Part shown: piece after piece, positions 49,351-61,574 of the stretch
How positions within the stretch are numbered: position 1 is the stretch's first letter
Layout: each line of letters starts with the position of its first letter
Assembly: GCF_018977255.1 (NCBI RefSeq)
Contig: NW_024704743.1
Coordinates: 65,846,001-65,910,000, forward strand
Reading direction: 5' to 3'
DNA length: 64,000 nt
DNA from: Callorhinchus milii
Lineage: Eukaryota
The notes under the pieces: model-generated
Databases searched by the model: none
What the model was told of the DNA's origin: nothing
What the model saw: only the letters and a program-made list of their open reading frames with translations
Program-made: the position numbers and the translations under genes

Positions 49351-49649
49351 AACAAGTTGAATTTTTTAATTTAAAGAGGTAGTCTCTTGAATTAAGTTGA
49401 AATCTGATTAATATATTAGATTTTGAAGTAGAAATAGTGTCTCTGTACCATACTTATGTCCAGTTTGTTACCTCATCTAAGGAAGGATGTCAGGGCTATA
49501 GAGAGGGAACATAAGAGATTTACTCAGATGATCTATGTCTCTGCTTCCACCCTTGACTCCAGGACCACTGCTGTCCGGACAGAATGTCTGGCAGATATCA
49601 AGTCCTGCATGAGAGCTAACTTTCTCCAGTTGAATGCCAACAAGAAAAA

Positions 49650-51421
49650 AAAGGTCAGTCAAAGGTAGGGTGGGGCCAATTAAGGACCAAGGCGGAAATC
49701 TTATTGTGGAGGCAGAGGGCATGGCTGATGTACTGAATGAATACTTTTCATCTGTCTTCACAAAAGAAGTGGATGCGTCAAATGTCGCAGTATCGGAGGA
49801 GAGGGTAGAGGAAATAATAGGATAAGTATAAACAGAGAGGGAGTACTGAAAAGGTTGACTGGGCTCAAGGTAGATAAGTCGCCCGGTCTGGATGGGATGC
49901 AGCCAAGGGAGGCACGGGTACAAATAGCGGAGGCTTTGGCTACAATTTTTCAATCTTCGTTGGACACAGGGGTGGTGTCAGAGGACTGGAGAGTGGCTAA
50001 TATTACTCCCCTGTACAAAAAGGGGCAGAAGGACAAACCTGGGAACTACAGGCCAGTCAGCCTAACATCAGTAGTGGGGAAACTCTTGGAGACTATTCCG
50101 GGACAGAATAAATTTTCACTTAGAAGAATATGGGTTAATTGGGGACAGCCAGCATGGATTTGTTAAAGGCAAATCTTGTCTAACAAATCTAATAGAATTT
50201 TTCGATGAGGTAATGGAGAGGGTGCATAAAGGTAGTGCAGTTGATGTAGTTTATATGGACTTTCAAAAGGCATTTGACAAAGTGCCACCTAAAAGACTTG
50301 TAAGACAAATAGAAGCCCATGGTATAAAAGGGACAGTGACAGCATGGATCCAGAACTGGCTGGGAGACAGAAAGCAGAGAGTTGTGGTGAACGGTTGCTT
50401 TTCTGACTGGAGGGAAGTGTACAGTGGCGTCCACCAGGGATCGGTATTGGGACCATTGCTCTTCTTAATATATATAAATGATCTGGACTTGGGTATAGCA
50501 AGTACCATTTCCAAGTTTGCGGATGACACAAAGTTAGGGAGGGTAGTAAACAGGGGGAAGGATAGCAACCAACTGCAGGAAGACATAGACAGAATGGTAC
50601 AATAGGCAGACACAGGGCAGATAAATTTCAATGTGGAGAAATGTGAGGTAATGCATTTTGGAAGAAAGAATGAGGGGAGGCAATATAGGCTGGTAATACA
50701 ATCTTAAGGGGGATAAAAGAACAGAGTGACCAGGTAAATGAATCCTTGAAGGTGGCAGGACAGGTAGATAAAGCTGTAAAAAGGGCACATGGAATACAAG
50801 GCTTTAAAAATAGGGGCATAGAGTACAAGAGTCAGGAGGTTATGATTAACCTATATAAAACACTGGTTAGGCCTCAGTTAGAAAACTGCGCCCATTTCTG
50901 GGCACCACACTATAGGAAGGATGTTAAGGCATTGTAAAAGGTGCAGAGGAGATTTACAAGGATGATACCAGGAATGAGGGACCTTGATTATGAGGAAAGG
51001 CTGGAGAGGCTGGGATTATTCTCATTGGAGTAGAGAAGATTACGAAGAGACCTAATGGAGGTTTTCAAAATCATGAGGGGATTTGATAGGTTAGAAAGGG
51101 AAAAACTGTTTCCACTGGTGGGTGTGTCTGTAACTCAAGGTCATAGATTGAAAATAGGTTCTAAAAGAAGCAGAGGGGAGGTGAGAAGGTTTTCACTCAG
51201 CGAGATGTTCGAATCGGTAATGCATTGCCTGAAAGGGTGGTGGAGGCCGATTCGATAACAACTTTTAAAAACGCGGTGTATGGGTATTTGAGGAGGATGG
51301 GTTTGCAGGGTTATGGGGAAAGGGCTGGGGAGTGGGATTGACATTACATTGCTCTTTTCAAAGAGCCGGCACAGACTCGATGGGCCAAATGGCCTCTTTT
51401 TGTGCTGTACGATTCTATGAA
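49650..51421 (+). pseudogene. CR1 LINE, about 1.8 kb, with decayed RT ORF2
   Basis: ITPLYKKGQKDKPGNYRPVSLTSVVGK, DVVYMDFQKAFDKVP, QGSVLGPLLFLIYINDLD, KFADDTKLG; several stops and frameshifts; ATTCTATG tail. Confidence 0.95.
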
Positions 51422-51657
51422 GTCCAAGGCCCTCTTGATTGGTTCTCATCAGGGCATCGACACCTCAGGCACTGGCAGTATCACCATCCAATGACGCACA
51501 ATCCACCTCACTGAGTCAGTCTGGAACCTTGGTGTCTTGTTTGACCCTCAACTGTCCCACACCTGTGCCATGACCCGCTTCCACAACAACACCTGGCTCT
51601 GCCACTGCCTTTCCCCTCAGGCCACTGAAACTCTCATCCACACATTTATCACATCTA

Positions 51658-52648
51658 CAATAACAACAACAACAACAACAACAAAATTACATTTGTAAAG
51701 CGCCTTTCAAGTCGGGAGGATGTCCCAAGGCTTTGAACAATCAGGGATCAGAACATGAGAATGGGGGACATGATTGGGATGAGGGAAGGCAGAGGGGTTA
51801 GGAGGGCAGCTGAAGGCATGGTCAAAGAGGAGGGCCTTGAGTCATGCCTTGAAGGAGGCAAGAGAGGGAGCAAGGCGAAGGGATTGTGAGATGAATTCCA
51901 AAGGGTGGGGCAGAGAGGCTGAAAACCCGGCTGCCGATGGTAAGGCGGGTCGGGCGGGAGACCTGGAGCAGAAGGGAGTGGAGAAAGCACACAGGTTGAT
52001 AGAGGGTCAGCAGGTCAGAGATGTAGGAGGGCATAAGGCCATGGAGGACCTTGAAAATGAGGACGAGAACTTTGAATTCTATTTTCTGAGCGATGGAGAG
52101 CCAGTGAAACTGGGCAAGGGTGGGGGTGATGGGGTCACGGAGCCTGATGCGGGAGTGGACACGAGCTGCAGAGTTCTGGATGATCTGCAGCTTGTGGAGG
52201 GAAGAGTTGGGGAGGCCGACAAGGAGGGAGTTTCCATAGTCGAGCCTTGAGGTGACAAATGCATGTATGAGGGTTTTGGTGGCCTCAGGGCTGAGGCAGT
52301 GGCAGAGTCGGGTAATGTTGCGAAGGTGGGGGAAGGCAGAGCAGGTCATGGCACAGATATGGGAGAGAAAGGACAGTTGAGGTTCAAGGCGTCCAGATTC
52401 CTAACTGGCTTGGTGAGGTGGAATGTGCAACCGTGGATGCTAATGCTGCCAGTACCTGAGGTTCTTAGGTGCTGGTGCGAGCCAATCAGGAGGGCCTCAG
52501 TCTTGTTGACATTCAGCTGTAGAAAGTTGGCTCTCATCCAGGACTTGATGGCAAACAAACATTCTGTCAGGACATCAGTTGTCCTGAAATCTAGGTTGGA
52601 GGCAGAGAGATAGAGTTGGGTGTCATCCCCGTACATGTGGAAGTTAAT
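51658..52648 (-). pseudogene. L2 LINE 3' 1 kb
   Basis: MYGDDTQLY...NFLQLNVNKTE and IHAFVTSRLDYGNSLL...IQNSAAR...LAQFHWL...IEFKVL; (CAA)n tail. Confidence 0.93.
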
Positions 52649-52999
52649 CCCATATCAACCTGTCCGCTTCCTCCGCTCAGCTGGCTCCCGTCTGCTCCAT
52701 GTCCCCCGACGGTCTGCCCCACCATCAGCTGTCAGACCTTCAGCTATTCTGCCCCCACCCTTTGGAACTCCATTCCCCAGTGCTTTCATCTTGCTTCCTC
52801 CCTTTCCTCCTTCAAAGCACATCTCAAAACCCTCATCTTCGATCACACCTTTGGCCACCCTCCTACCCTCTTTGTCCTCCACCCCACTTGGTCCCAAACC
52901 TCTGCTTGGGTCCAAATCCCTGACTGGATGCACCTTGGGACATACTCCTGTTTGGAAAGGTGCTTTGCAAATGTAATTCGTTATTGTTGTTGTTGATAC

Positions 53000-53950
53000 T
53001 GGGCTTGAATGACTTAACTTATGAGCAGAGACTAGAGGAACTCAATGTATTTTCCCTGGAATAGAGAAGGTTAAGGGGTGATCTGATTGAGGCCTTTAAA
53101 ATTATGATGGGTTTCGATAGAGTCAACAGGGACAAATTATTTCTATTGGTCGATAATTCAGTGACTGCTAGGCATCAATTTACAATACAATACAAATCTA
53201 CATTTATATAACGCCTTTTACATTGGAATGATGTCCCAAGGCACTTAACAATACTGGCTTGGCACCTGAGCTGGGGGTTGGAGCCGAGGTGTATGTGGAG
53301 AGCAAAGATGCCTGAAAGCAGTCAATTTAAGATAACAACAACAACACACCAGGTGGCAGCCCAGTGCACTTAACAATGGTGGAGCCTGATGCCGAGCTGG
53401 TGGGAGGGGGAAGATGACTATAGGCACGGTCGAAGAGGAAAGTCTTCAGGCGCAAACTGAAAATGGGGAAAGAGGGGGCAAGGCAAAAAGATTGAGGGAG
53501 GGAGTTCCATAGCTTTGGGGTGTAGTGGCTGAAGGCATGACTGCCGATGGTGGAGCAGAGGATTTGAGGGACAAGGAGGAGGCCGGAACCAGTCAAGCGG
53601 AGGCAGCAGGTAGTGCTGTGAGGAGAGAGGAGGTTGGAGAGATAGGGTGGTGCCAAGGCATGGAGGGATTTAAACATTAGAGTGAGCATCTTGATAGTTC
53701 ACAAGGGAGCAAAGGGGAAATCAGGAGATTTTTTTACACAGATAATTGTTGGGATGTAGAATGAGATGCTCGGTGGGGTGGTTGAGGCAACATCTGTATT
53801 ATGTTTCAAGAGGGAATTAGATAAATATCTAAAAAGGAGCAATGTGCAGGGTATAGTGAAAAGGCAAGGCAAATGGGACTGAATGGATTGTTCTTTCAAA
53901 GAACTGATGACCACCTTCTGTGTTGTAAAATTCTATGAAAAAGTTCTATG
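53000..53950 (+). mobile_element. CR1 3' fragment interrupted by two minus-strand L2 pieces (about 53182-53280 and 53330-53695)
   Basis: FSLE*RRLRGDLIE before the inserts; TTTTTTACACAGATA...TTCTATG after; the L2 piece encodes KSLHALAPPYLSNLL...KLWNSLP. Confidence 0.8.
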
Positions 53951-55769
53951 AAAGTGTAAATGCATGTTTTATGCTAAATAAGCTTTACAAGATTACAATA
54001 ATGTCATTTAAATGGTCAATGAATCAATTGCAAGTAACACTTTGACCACTGAGATACTAGATGTTATTATGCTTGTCCAGTATTGTTACGAGAGGCTTCC
54101 TCTCCTGTGCTTTGATGGAATGCCATTTAGTCTGACTTACTAAAGTCTTACTTTTCAGTGATTTACTGTGATTCTCCTGCATCTGATTTAAGCAAAGGAT
54201 TGAAATAAGAAGGAACACTTTTACAAAGGATTTCTTGAGGTTTTAAAATATGTCTTTCCTTCTGTGCGAGCAGACATTGGTGGAAGGACAATAGTTGCCT
54301 CATTAATGCATTAGAGGGCTGTGTGAGGAGTGCTACTAGACCTTGTGTTGGAGCCTCAATTTGCAGTTTGGCTGGCAGGGCGTCAACAACAGTGACAGTG
54401 ATGCCTTGAACAAACGAGGTTTCCAAGAAATTGTTAATGCGGCAATTACATTTATCAGATCCTTTATTGTGTTCATGTTAATTTCAACCCTTGCCAGCAT
54501 CGGGAGGAATATCCGTATTGACAGATTTGGCCCAGTAAAGGCATTGTTTAGTTGCTTTCAAATGTTTCACTGTGGTTCAGAATTAGTAATTTGGTCAAAT
54601 TGGGTAATTGGATTTCTTTGTGTTTGCAAAAGGTAAGCGTTGTGTTTAATACCTTCTGTCTCAATAGAATTAACAGTGATCTCCATTACTGTGCACAAAT
54701 ATGTGGCCATGCTACAGATTAGGCTTTCTGCTTCATTCATAATTATCCTGAATTCACGTCTTGAAGTTTCTAGGGCTACAATGAATGAATATGCTTCTTA
54801 GGAGTGAATTAACTTTTTAAGGTAGTATGTTCTGTTGAAATGAGGGATCAGTAGTTTTGGTGTGCTGTCCCTTTAAGTTTAGTACAAATGGAAGGATTGA
54901 CAATCTGTTGCAGCCAACCACTACCATTGGTTGATTAAGTTAGGCATAAGATGCAAACACTTTGTTTTAAATTCTTGTGATGTTCAGCAAGCAATTTGGT
55001 TGGAACCATTATGCTTCTGTCCATTTCTGTCCCATAAATCAGGTTCTCTGTAATTTGACGATAAACAACCTTTAGTACTTCTACAGGGTATAAACACCAG
55101 CTGAAGATCAAAGACCTGCACCAAGCTTTGAAGCGGAACCTAGAGCTACAAATATACAATTATTTTGATTTTCAGGTCTTTTTTATAGTTAACCAGAGAC
55201 AACTGAACTTTACGCAACATTCAATAGATTCCTTCATTATTTGCAATTGTTACAATGTTCAAATCAAAGCTAACACTGTGGGGTGGAACCCACAGCGCTA
55301 GTGTAACAGTTAAATAACAGCACGTGCAAAGTACTGCAGTTTCAAAGTCCCATTCACAACTTTGTTTCCTGGCTGGCAGACATTGCCCAGCACAAAAATG
55401 CATGGCTGAGCTGTATGAGTGGCCTGAACCTAAGCTAAGCCAGCTGGCAGTCAACAAAAATGGCAGCCTCCAGCATTGAAGGCCGTGTTTACTTTGCTGA
55501 CAGTGGTGCTGCTGCCTCCACAAACACAGAGACTGAGAAAACCTCCTATTTAGGTAGGTCTCAGTACTTACTGCTGCAACAGCAGCTCCCAGGACTGATG
55601 TTGGCTGCCAGTGTCATCACCGCTAAACACAACTGCACTTCAATGCAATGTCTATACTGAATCCAGCTTCTTAAACTGGAATAAGCAATTGTTTACCCCT
55701 GGCTGTCAGTGGGCTACTTCATTTAAAAAGTAATATATGGCACCCTTCATGAAGGGTAATGTCTCGGTT

Positions 55770-56870
55770 GGGCATCGATCAAGGGAGATAGGGGAGGGAG
55801 CGGAGAGAGAGGAGTTGAGGTGGAGGGATTGAGGCAGGGAATTCTGGAGATTAGGGCGGTAATGCCTGATGATTTGGTGACTGATAGTGAGAGGGTTTTA
55901 GAAGAGCAAAGGGTTCAGGGTGGTGGGGTTTAGTTGTGTGACAGGACTGGTGTAGCTGTGTGAGAAAAGGCAGACAGAAGAATGGTTACAAGCAAGAGAG
56001 AGATAGGAAGGTTCAAGGATGTGAAGGGATTTGTATGTGAGGGTGAGGATCTTGAAGTCATATGTCATACTTCCATACTTCCATATGTATGTGGATGACA
56101 CCCAACTCTATCTTTCTGCCTCCACCCTCAACTCCAGGACCACTGCTGTCCTGACAGACTGCCTGTCGGACATCAAGTCCTGGATGAAGGCAAATTTCCT
56201 TCAGTTGAATGTGAACAAGACTGAGGCCCTCCTGATTGGCTCACGCCAGCGCCTCAGCACCTCATGCTCTGGCAACATCAACCTCCATGGTTGCACACTA
56301 CAACTCACCAGCCAGTCAGGAACCTGGTGTCTTGTTTGACCGTCAACTGTCTTTTCTTCCCCACATCCAAGCCATGACCCACTCTACCTTCCCTCATCTC
56401 CGTAACATCGCCCAACTCTGCCACTACCTCACCCCTCAGGCCACTGAAACTCTTGTTCATGCCTTCATCATCTCCAGGCTCGACTATGCAAATGCCCTAC
56501 TTGTCAACCTACCTCTGCGACCTCCTAACCCCCTACCAACAGGCCCGCTCCCTCCACTCAGCCGGCTCTGGCCTGCTCCAAGTCCCCTGATCCACCCACC
56601 CACCCACCATTGGTGGAAGAGCCTTCAGCCACTCTGCCCCCAACCTCTGGAATTCTATCCCCCAATCACTCCGCCTCAACCCCTCCTTAGCCTCCTTCAA
56701 GTCCCACCTCAAGACCCTCCTCTTCGACCATGCCATTGGCCACCCCACTTCCCTTCCCTTCTCCCCACCTTGACCCCAGCTCGGGTCTGAAATGCTGTGC
56801 ACTGTCCAGCACCTTGGGACGTCCTTCTGACATGAAAGGTGCTATACAAATGTAATCTTGTTGTTGTTGA
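55770..56870. mobile_element. Divergent L2 pair: minus fragment about 55770-56062, plus fragment about 56075-56870
   Basis: FKILTLTYKSLH on the minus strand; FHMYVDDTQLY...ISRLDYANALL and a (TTG)n tail on the plus strand. Confidence 0.88.
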
Positions 56871-56907
56871 AAGTCGATCTGTTTGGAGCCAGTGATGCCT
56901 GGCACAG

Positions 56908-57030
56908 TAATAATAATAATAGTAATAATAATCCTTGCATTTGATATAGCACTTTATCACATCATTAAGATGTCTCAGAGCGCTTCACAGAATAAACTGT
57001 GGAGTAAATTGACTGTATATCTTGTGGGTG
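56908..57030 (-). mobile_element. Truncated SINE 3' end
   Basis: (AAT)n CCTTGCATTTGATATAGCAC...GACTGTATAT. Confidence 0.8.
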
Positions 57031-57641
57031 AAATAAATAAGCAAATAAGCAAGGTTTAGATAAAGTAAATTTACTTAACTTCAATTATTTTGCACATGTG
57101 AGAAAGTGTTTATGAATGCTCCTTGATTGATCCACAGGATGCTAGCATATGATACTTGCCTTGCAGGCCTTGAGCCAGAGCTGTGCCACAATAATCATTG
57201 TTTAGCATCTTTGCCAGCAGGAAATGGGCCTCTTGATCCTGAAACAAACTCATCCGGTAACGCAGATGTGCTTATTGGAAACGTGAGAGGAATGGTTTAC
57301 AAAACCACAAGAAAGGCTTGTTCCATGGATACATAGTAACTCAGTAAGAATTTCAGGCAGAAGTAGACCACCAGTTCTTCCAGTCTATCTATTCAGTTTC
57401 CCCACCAGATTGCTTTGATGTATCTATCTCTTAATCTAATAACCTTAAATCTTTTTACTTGATACAAATTTGCCTGGCTCCTTTCTGAAGCCTTTTGTAA
57501 TTTTGTTTCCACGGCCATGGGCTGGAAGCCTGTTCCACCTGACTGTTACTGTAAACATGTCTCCTGCATTTGTTATACTTTTGTCGTGCTTGTTTTGAAG
57601 TTGTGAGGGAATATGCTTTGTTATGCAGCAGGTACAAGCCA

Positions 57642-57730
57642 GGATCGACCTGAAAGGTTAGCTAACCTTCCTCTCTCTCCATAGATGCTGCCTGACCTGC
57701 TGTGTGTTCCCAGAGTCTTCTGTTTTTATA
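57642..57730 (+). mobile_element. Penelope-like terminal fragment
   Basis: GACCTGAAA...CCATAGATGCTGCCTGACCTGCTGTGTGTTCCCAG. Confidence 0.55.
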
Positions 57731-58430
57731 TGGTACTAGCTGTATCCATGTATCCACCCATTGCAGCCTCACTTGCAACCAAAGGATCCAATATGGAAAT
57801 AACACACAGACAAACACACAGAGAGACATTTCATCTTTATAAGTACAGATAGACTATTACATAACATTATATACATAAGGGGAGTGGAAGGGGCTAAACT
57901 CCAGAGTGGGTGGGGCTAAACCCCAGCCCTGTGTAAGGCCCCAATTTGAGCCTCAGGCTTCAGCCACTTGGCTAGTTGCAGGCTAGGTCGGGGCGCCAAG
58001 GAAGCCGGAAACCCCGTGGCCTTACCGAGCCAACCATCACCCACCACGGGCACAACTCCAACATGGCACTGCCCAGCCCGGGGTTACCCAGGAGCAGCAG
58101 GACAAGCAGCTGATTGGCAACGCCGCTCATGGCAACTTCCACCTCACCACTGTCAGGCTTCGTCTGAGTGCGTGCATGCTGTGTGCATACATATATACAT
58201 ACGTGCTCTGTGACGCACAATGCCACAGCTCCACTGTGAGTCGGCGTGGCCACCAGTTGTAACTGTAGCACAAAACACAAAATTGCCAGATTAGCTTGTT
58301 TAGGTCATAGCTCATCAACGATAGAAGATCCCCGAAAACAAATATACCCACGACACTCCCAGTTACATAATCTTTCTGATGAGGTATAAATCATGTCTCT
58401 ACGTTAATCAGTTATTGAGATTTTGGATGA

Positions 58431-58464
58431 TACACACGCACGCACACACACACACACACACACA
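58431..58464. repeat. (CA)n microsatellite
   Basis: Direct reading of the sequence. Confidence 0.95.
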
Positions 58465-58554
58465 GACATTGTTGTTGTATTAGTATAGATTAGCCAGGAA
58501 GGACTGCACATTTAACTCTCCCTCTCTCGACAAGACTTGGAGGAAATGATTTAC

Positions 58555-58890
58555 TAGATTTACATAGACTGAACAGCATTGAAACAAGCCATTAGAGCCA
58601 ACCAGTTTGTGCAGGTATTTATTGTATTTATACCCAACATAAGTCTCCACTCACTCTTTAATCCCTACCAAACACTTCTATTCCATTTTCTCTTATGTGT
58701 ATATCTAGCTTCTTCTATAGCAGTATATAGAATACATCTAGTATTTGCTTCAACCACTGCTTTGGGCAGCGAGTTCCACATTATCATTTCCCTCTGTGTG
58801 AAGAAGTCCTCCTAAATTCTCTGTTACATCTTCTAATCACTATCTTATATTTGTGTCCCCTGGTTACAGACTTCTGAACAAGTGAAAACA
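58555..58890 (-). mobile_element. CR1 3' fragment
   Basis: TTACATAGA tail (reverse complement); GAGTTCCACA...CTCTGTGTGAAGAAG. Confidence 0.7.
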
Positions 58891-58999
58891 GACAATTTAT
58901 ACTAAAATAATGGAAAAATAAAGAATAGAATCATCACCATTCATAAAACAAAGTTAAATTTCACAATTACACGAAGCACCTTCCACCAGTTATACTGAG

Positions 59000-59283
59000 T
59001 ATAACAACAACAACAAAATTACATTTGTATAGACCCTTTCATGTCGAGAGGACGTCCCAAGGCACTGGATAGACAGAGTTTTGGACCCAAGCTGGGGGTC
59101 AGGATCGGGGAGGGTGGAGAGCAGGGGGGGTAAGCAGGGAGATCGAAAACACGGTCGAAGAGGAGGGTCTTGAGATGGGTCTTGAAGGTGGCAAGGGAGG
59201 GGGAGAGGCGGAGGGACTGCGGGATGGAGTTCCAGAGGGTGGTGGCAGAGTGGCAGAAGGCCCACCTGCCAATAGTGGCCAAT
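59000..59283 (-). mobile_element. L2 3' fragment
   Basis: TLWNSIPQSLRLSPSLATFKTHLKTLLFDRVF; (CAA)n tail. Confidence 0.9.
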
Positions 59284-59318
59284 AAAGTACACACGTGAAC
59301 ACAGATAACAACATTATA

Positions 59319-59849
59319 CAGTTAAACCTGTTCAAGCAACCACCTCTATTCAGCAATCACCTTTGTCAACAACCACCCTGGAACAATTTGGACAGATTTT
59401 GCATAATAAATCACCTCTATTCAGCAACCACCTGTCTAACACAACCAGTGGCTACTCTTTGTTAGTCCTTTTATGCTCTGTGCCTTTGTCCTCCAAGCAT
59501 TCCAGGATGCTACCCTGCGTGAAGGGTGCTATATAAATACAAGTTGTTGTTGTTGTCTTGATACCTTTTTCAGAGCTTTCTGAGAAATACAGTGACAAAA
59601 TAGTGTGCGCCCACCAGAAATCGATTATGGACTTCTTCAGCAAGAGTAATGACTTGTGGTTGTCATTTAATTATTATTTTTAATTAATTTATTAAAATTA
59701 ATATAATTTATGTGTTCATATGTGCACTGTATTTCTCTATACGCTTAGAAATTCTACACATATCAACGAATCCTTTCTCAGAGTCCACTTTTATGTAAAG
59801 GCCACTTTGGCCCAGTCCCCTGAGCAGTTGTTAAAGACAGGTTTGACTT
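59319..59849. mobile_element. Non-autonomous Tc1/mariner (Tigger/pogo-like) DNA transposon with a nested L2 tail (about 59490-59555)
   Basis: TA|CAGTTAAACCTGT...ACAGGTTTGACTT|TA imperfect TIRs; subterminal repeat CACCTCTATTCAGCAA occurs twice. Confidence 0.7.
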
Positions 59850-60869
59850 TATCAGTATGGTTCATAGGGTAACAATATTTCAACTGGTTTCATTGGGCAA
59901 AGACTGCAAACTAGACAAGGAAGACAAAAATTATTCAAAAAAGAAAATACTTTTTAAAATATTCTTTCCGACAATTTCTTCTCCCCTTCTTGATGCTCGA
60001 GATCAAAGATAAGGATTGCTGCACAATTACAAGCAATGGCTCTGAAAGGAAGGAGCCAGATCAGGTGAAGGAAGAGGCAGACTACCTTCACACATCCTCT
60101 ACCCATCCTCCCTGTGGAGAATAATAATAATAATATTAATAACAACAAAGAACACTTCAACATAAGAACACAAGGAACACATAGTCACTACACTTTACAG
60201 TTAATTCACTTCACTGAATTAACTGTAAAGTGTAGTGACTGTGTATTTTGTAACCGGCACAGCACAGAATCAGCACAGAATCAGCCAAGGCTCCCATTCC
60301 CAGGTTTAAAACCACTGTTTTAAAATTGAGCATTGTATAGAATTTTGGAAATTTCTGACTTAATTTGAAAGCTTTCATTTTAAAAAGTGCAGCAAATCTG
60401 TTTCCAAATTAAGACTGAATTTAAATATTTTCTAAAAGCTTCACAATCTTAAATTTGAACAATCTTAAATTTCTGCACAATCTTAAATTTGAAGACATTG
60501 GGATTTAAGATTAAAGACAAGGATTAAACAGTGCAGGACTCTATTCTGTTGATCAACTGTACTAGTGCAGCAGATTTAGTGCACTAATTAGTCCTTTAGT
60601 GAATTGTTCACGCAGTGCGTAGAAAGCAGTGGAGTTGTACTTTACTCATATATTCCACTTGGTGCCAGGCTGATCAGTTTACTTCTGAAATCTTGACATT
60701 TTGCTTACAGTGAGTGTATTTCACTTTCCTGCAGATTCTCTTACTTGCTCTCAATTTACCTTGTTGAATGAATGTTTAGACTAGGGTCCTTAAAGCAAGA
60801 AACATCGGGATCTGCAACTAAGATCATTTGGAAAACAGAAGGAGTTTGCCCTTTGCTGGTCTCTTCATA

Positions 60870-61160
60870 CAAACATAGGAATACGCAGGAACAGAAAAGG
60901 TCATTGCGGTCCATCTGGCTGGTTCCAAAATAAAATATAAAATAATCCTTACCAATCTATATTGGATTTCTTCACCGAAGAGCTATCTAATTTCTTTAAT
61001 TTAAATTTGCTGACACAATCCACGTCTCTGTGTAGTCTATTCCACATACAGTATTTGCTACTCTGTGTAAAGTACAGTTGAGAGCCAATTATCTAACATA
61101 ATGGGGACTGGCCCCAATATGGATAAGCAAATAGTACAGATAACTGGACACCCAAACAAA
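60870..61160. mobile_element. Minus-strand CR1 3' remnant abutting a possible Tigger-like left end at 61075
   Basis: ACATAGGAATAC...CTCTGTGTAAAG, then TA-CAGTTGAGAGCCAATTATC...GGATAA...CAGATAAC. Confidence 0.4.
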
Positions 61161-61574
61161 ATTAAATGGCTACAGCACCAACTAAAATATTGTTATGTCG
61201 GAATTTACACCTGTACTATCACTGTAGTACATCGCTCTCCCCCCACCTCCCCCCACCCACCACCATTACTTTGACTCTCACTCACTTTGCCTTTATATAT
61301 TCTGCATCTGTATCTATTTCTCTACACTGTATGAAAGTACAGTAAATATAAAACATTACATTCAGCATAAAAGCTCTGGATGTACCAGAAAGAATGTCTT
61401 GGATATGCTGGAGACAATTCCTCCTCCTTGCCCATCTTCAGATCACACCTGACCATGCCTATGGTCACTTTGCATCTCTCTGTGGCTCAGTGTCAAACTC
61501 CATAACTGTTAAGTGCACTGAGATGCTACCCATGTGAAAGATGCTATAAAATTGAAAGTTGTTATTGTTGTCCC

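Larger units (their letters stand above)
49532..52995 (+). mobile_element. Host L2 in three pieces (49532-49646, 51428-51657, 52650-52995)
   Basis: MRANFLQLNANK continues as ALLIGSHQ after the CR1 insert; the last piece runs from PYQPVRFLRS to a (TTG)n tail. Confidence 0.8.

Noticed and set aside
49634..51258. Intact reverse transcriptase gene or retron-like system
   Set aside because: The RT motifs are CR1-type, split by stops and frameshifts, and 5'-truncated; this is eukaryotic LINE debris.
60443..60490. CRISPR-like repeat-spacer pattern
   Set aside because: The repeats are 14 bp with 2-4 nt spacers, there are no cas genes, and the context is vertebrate.
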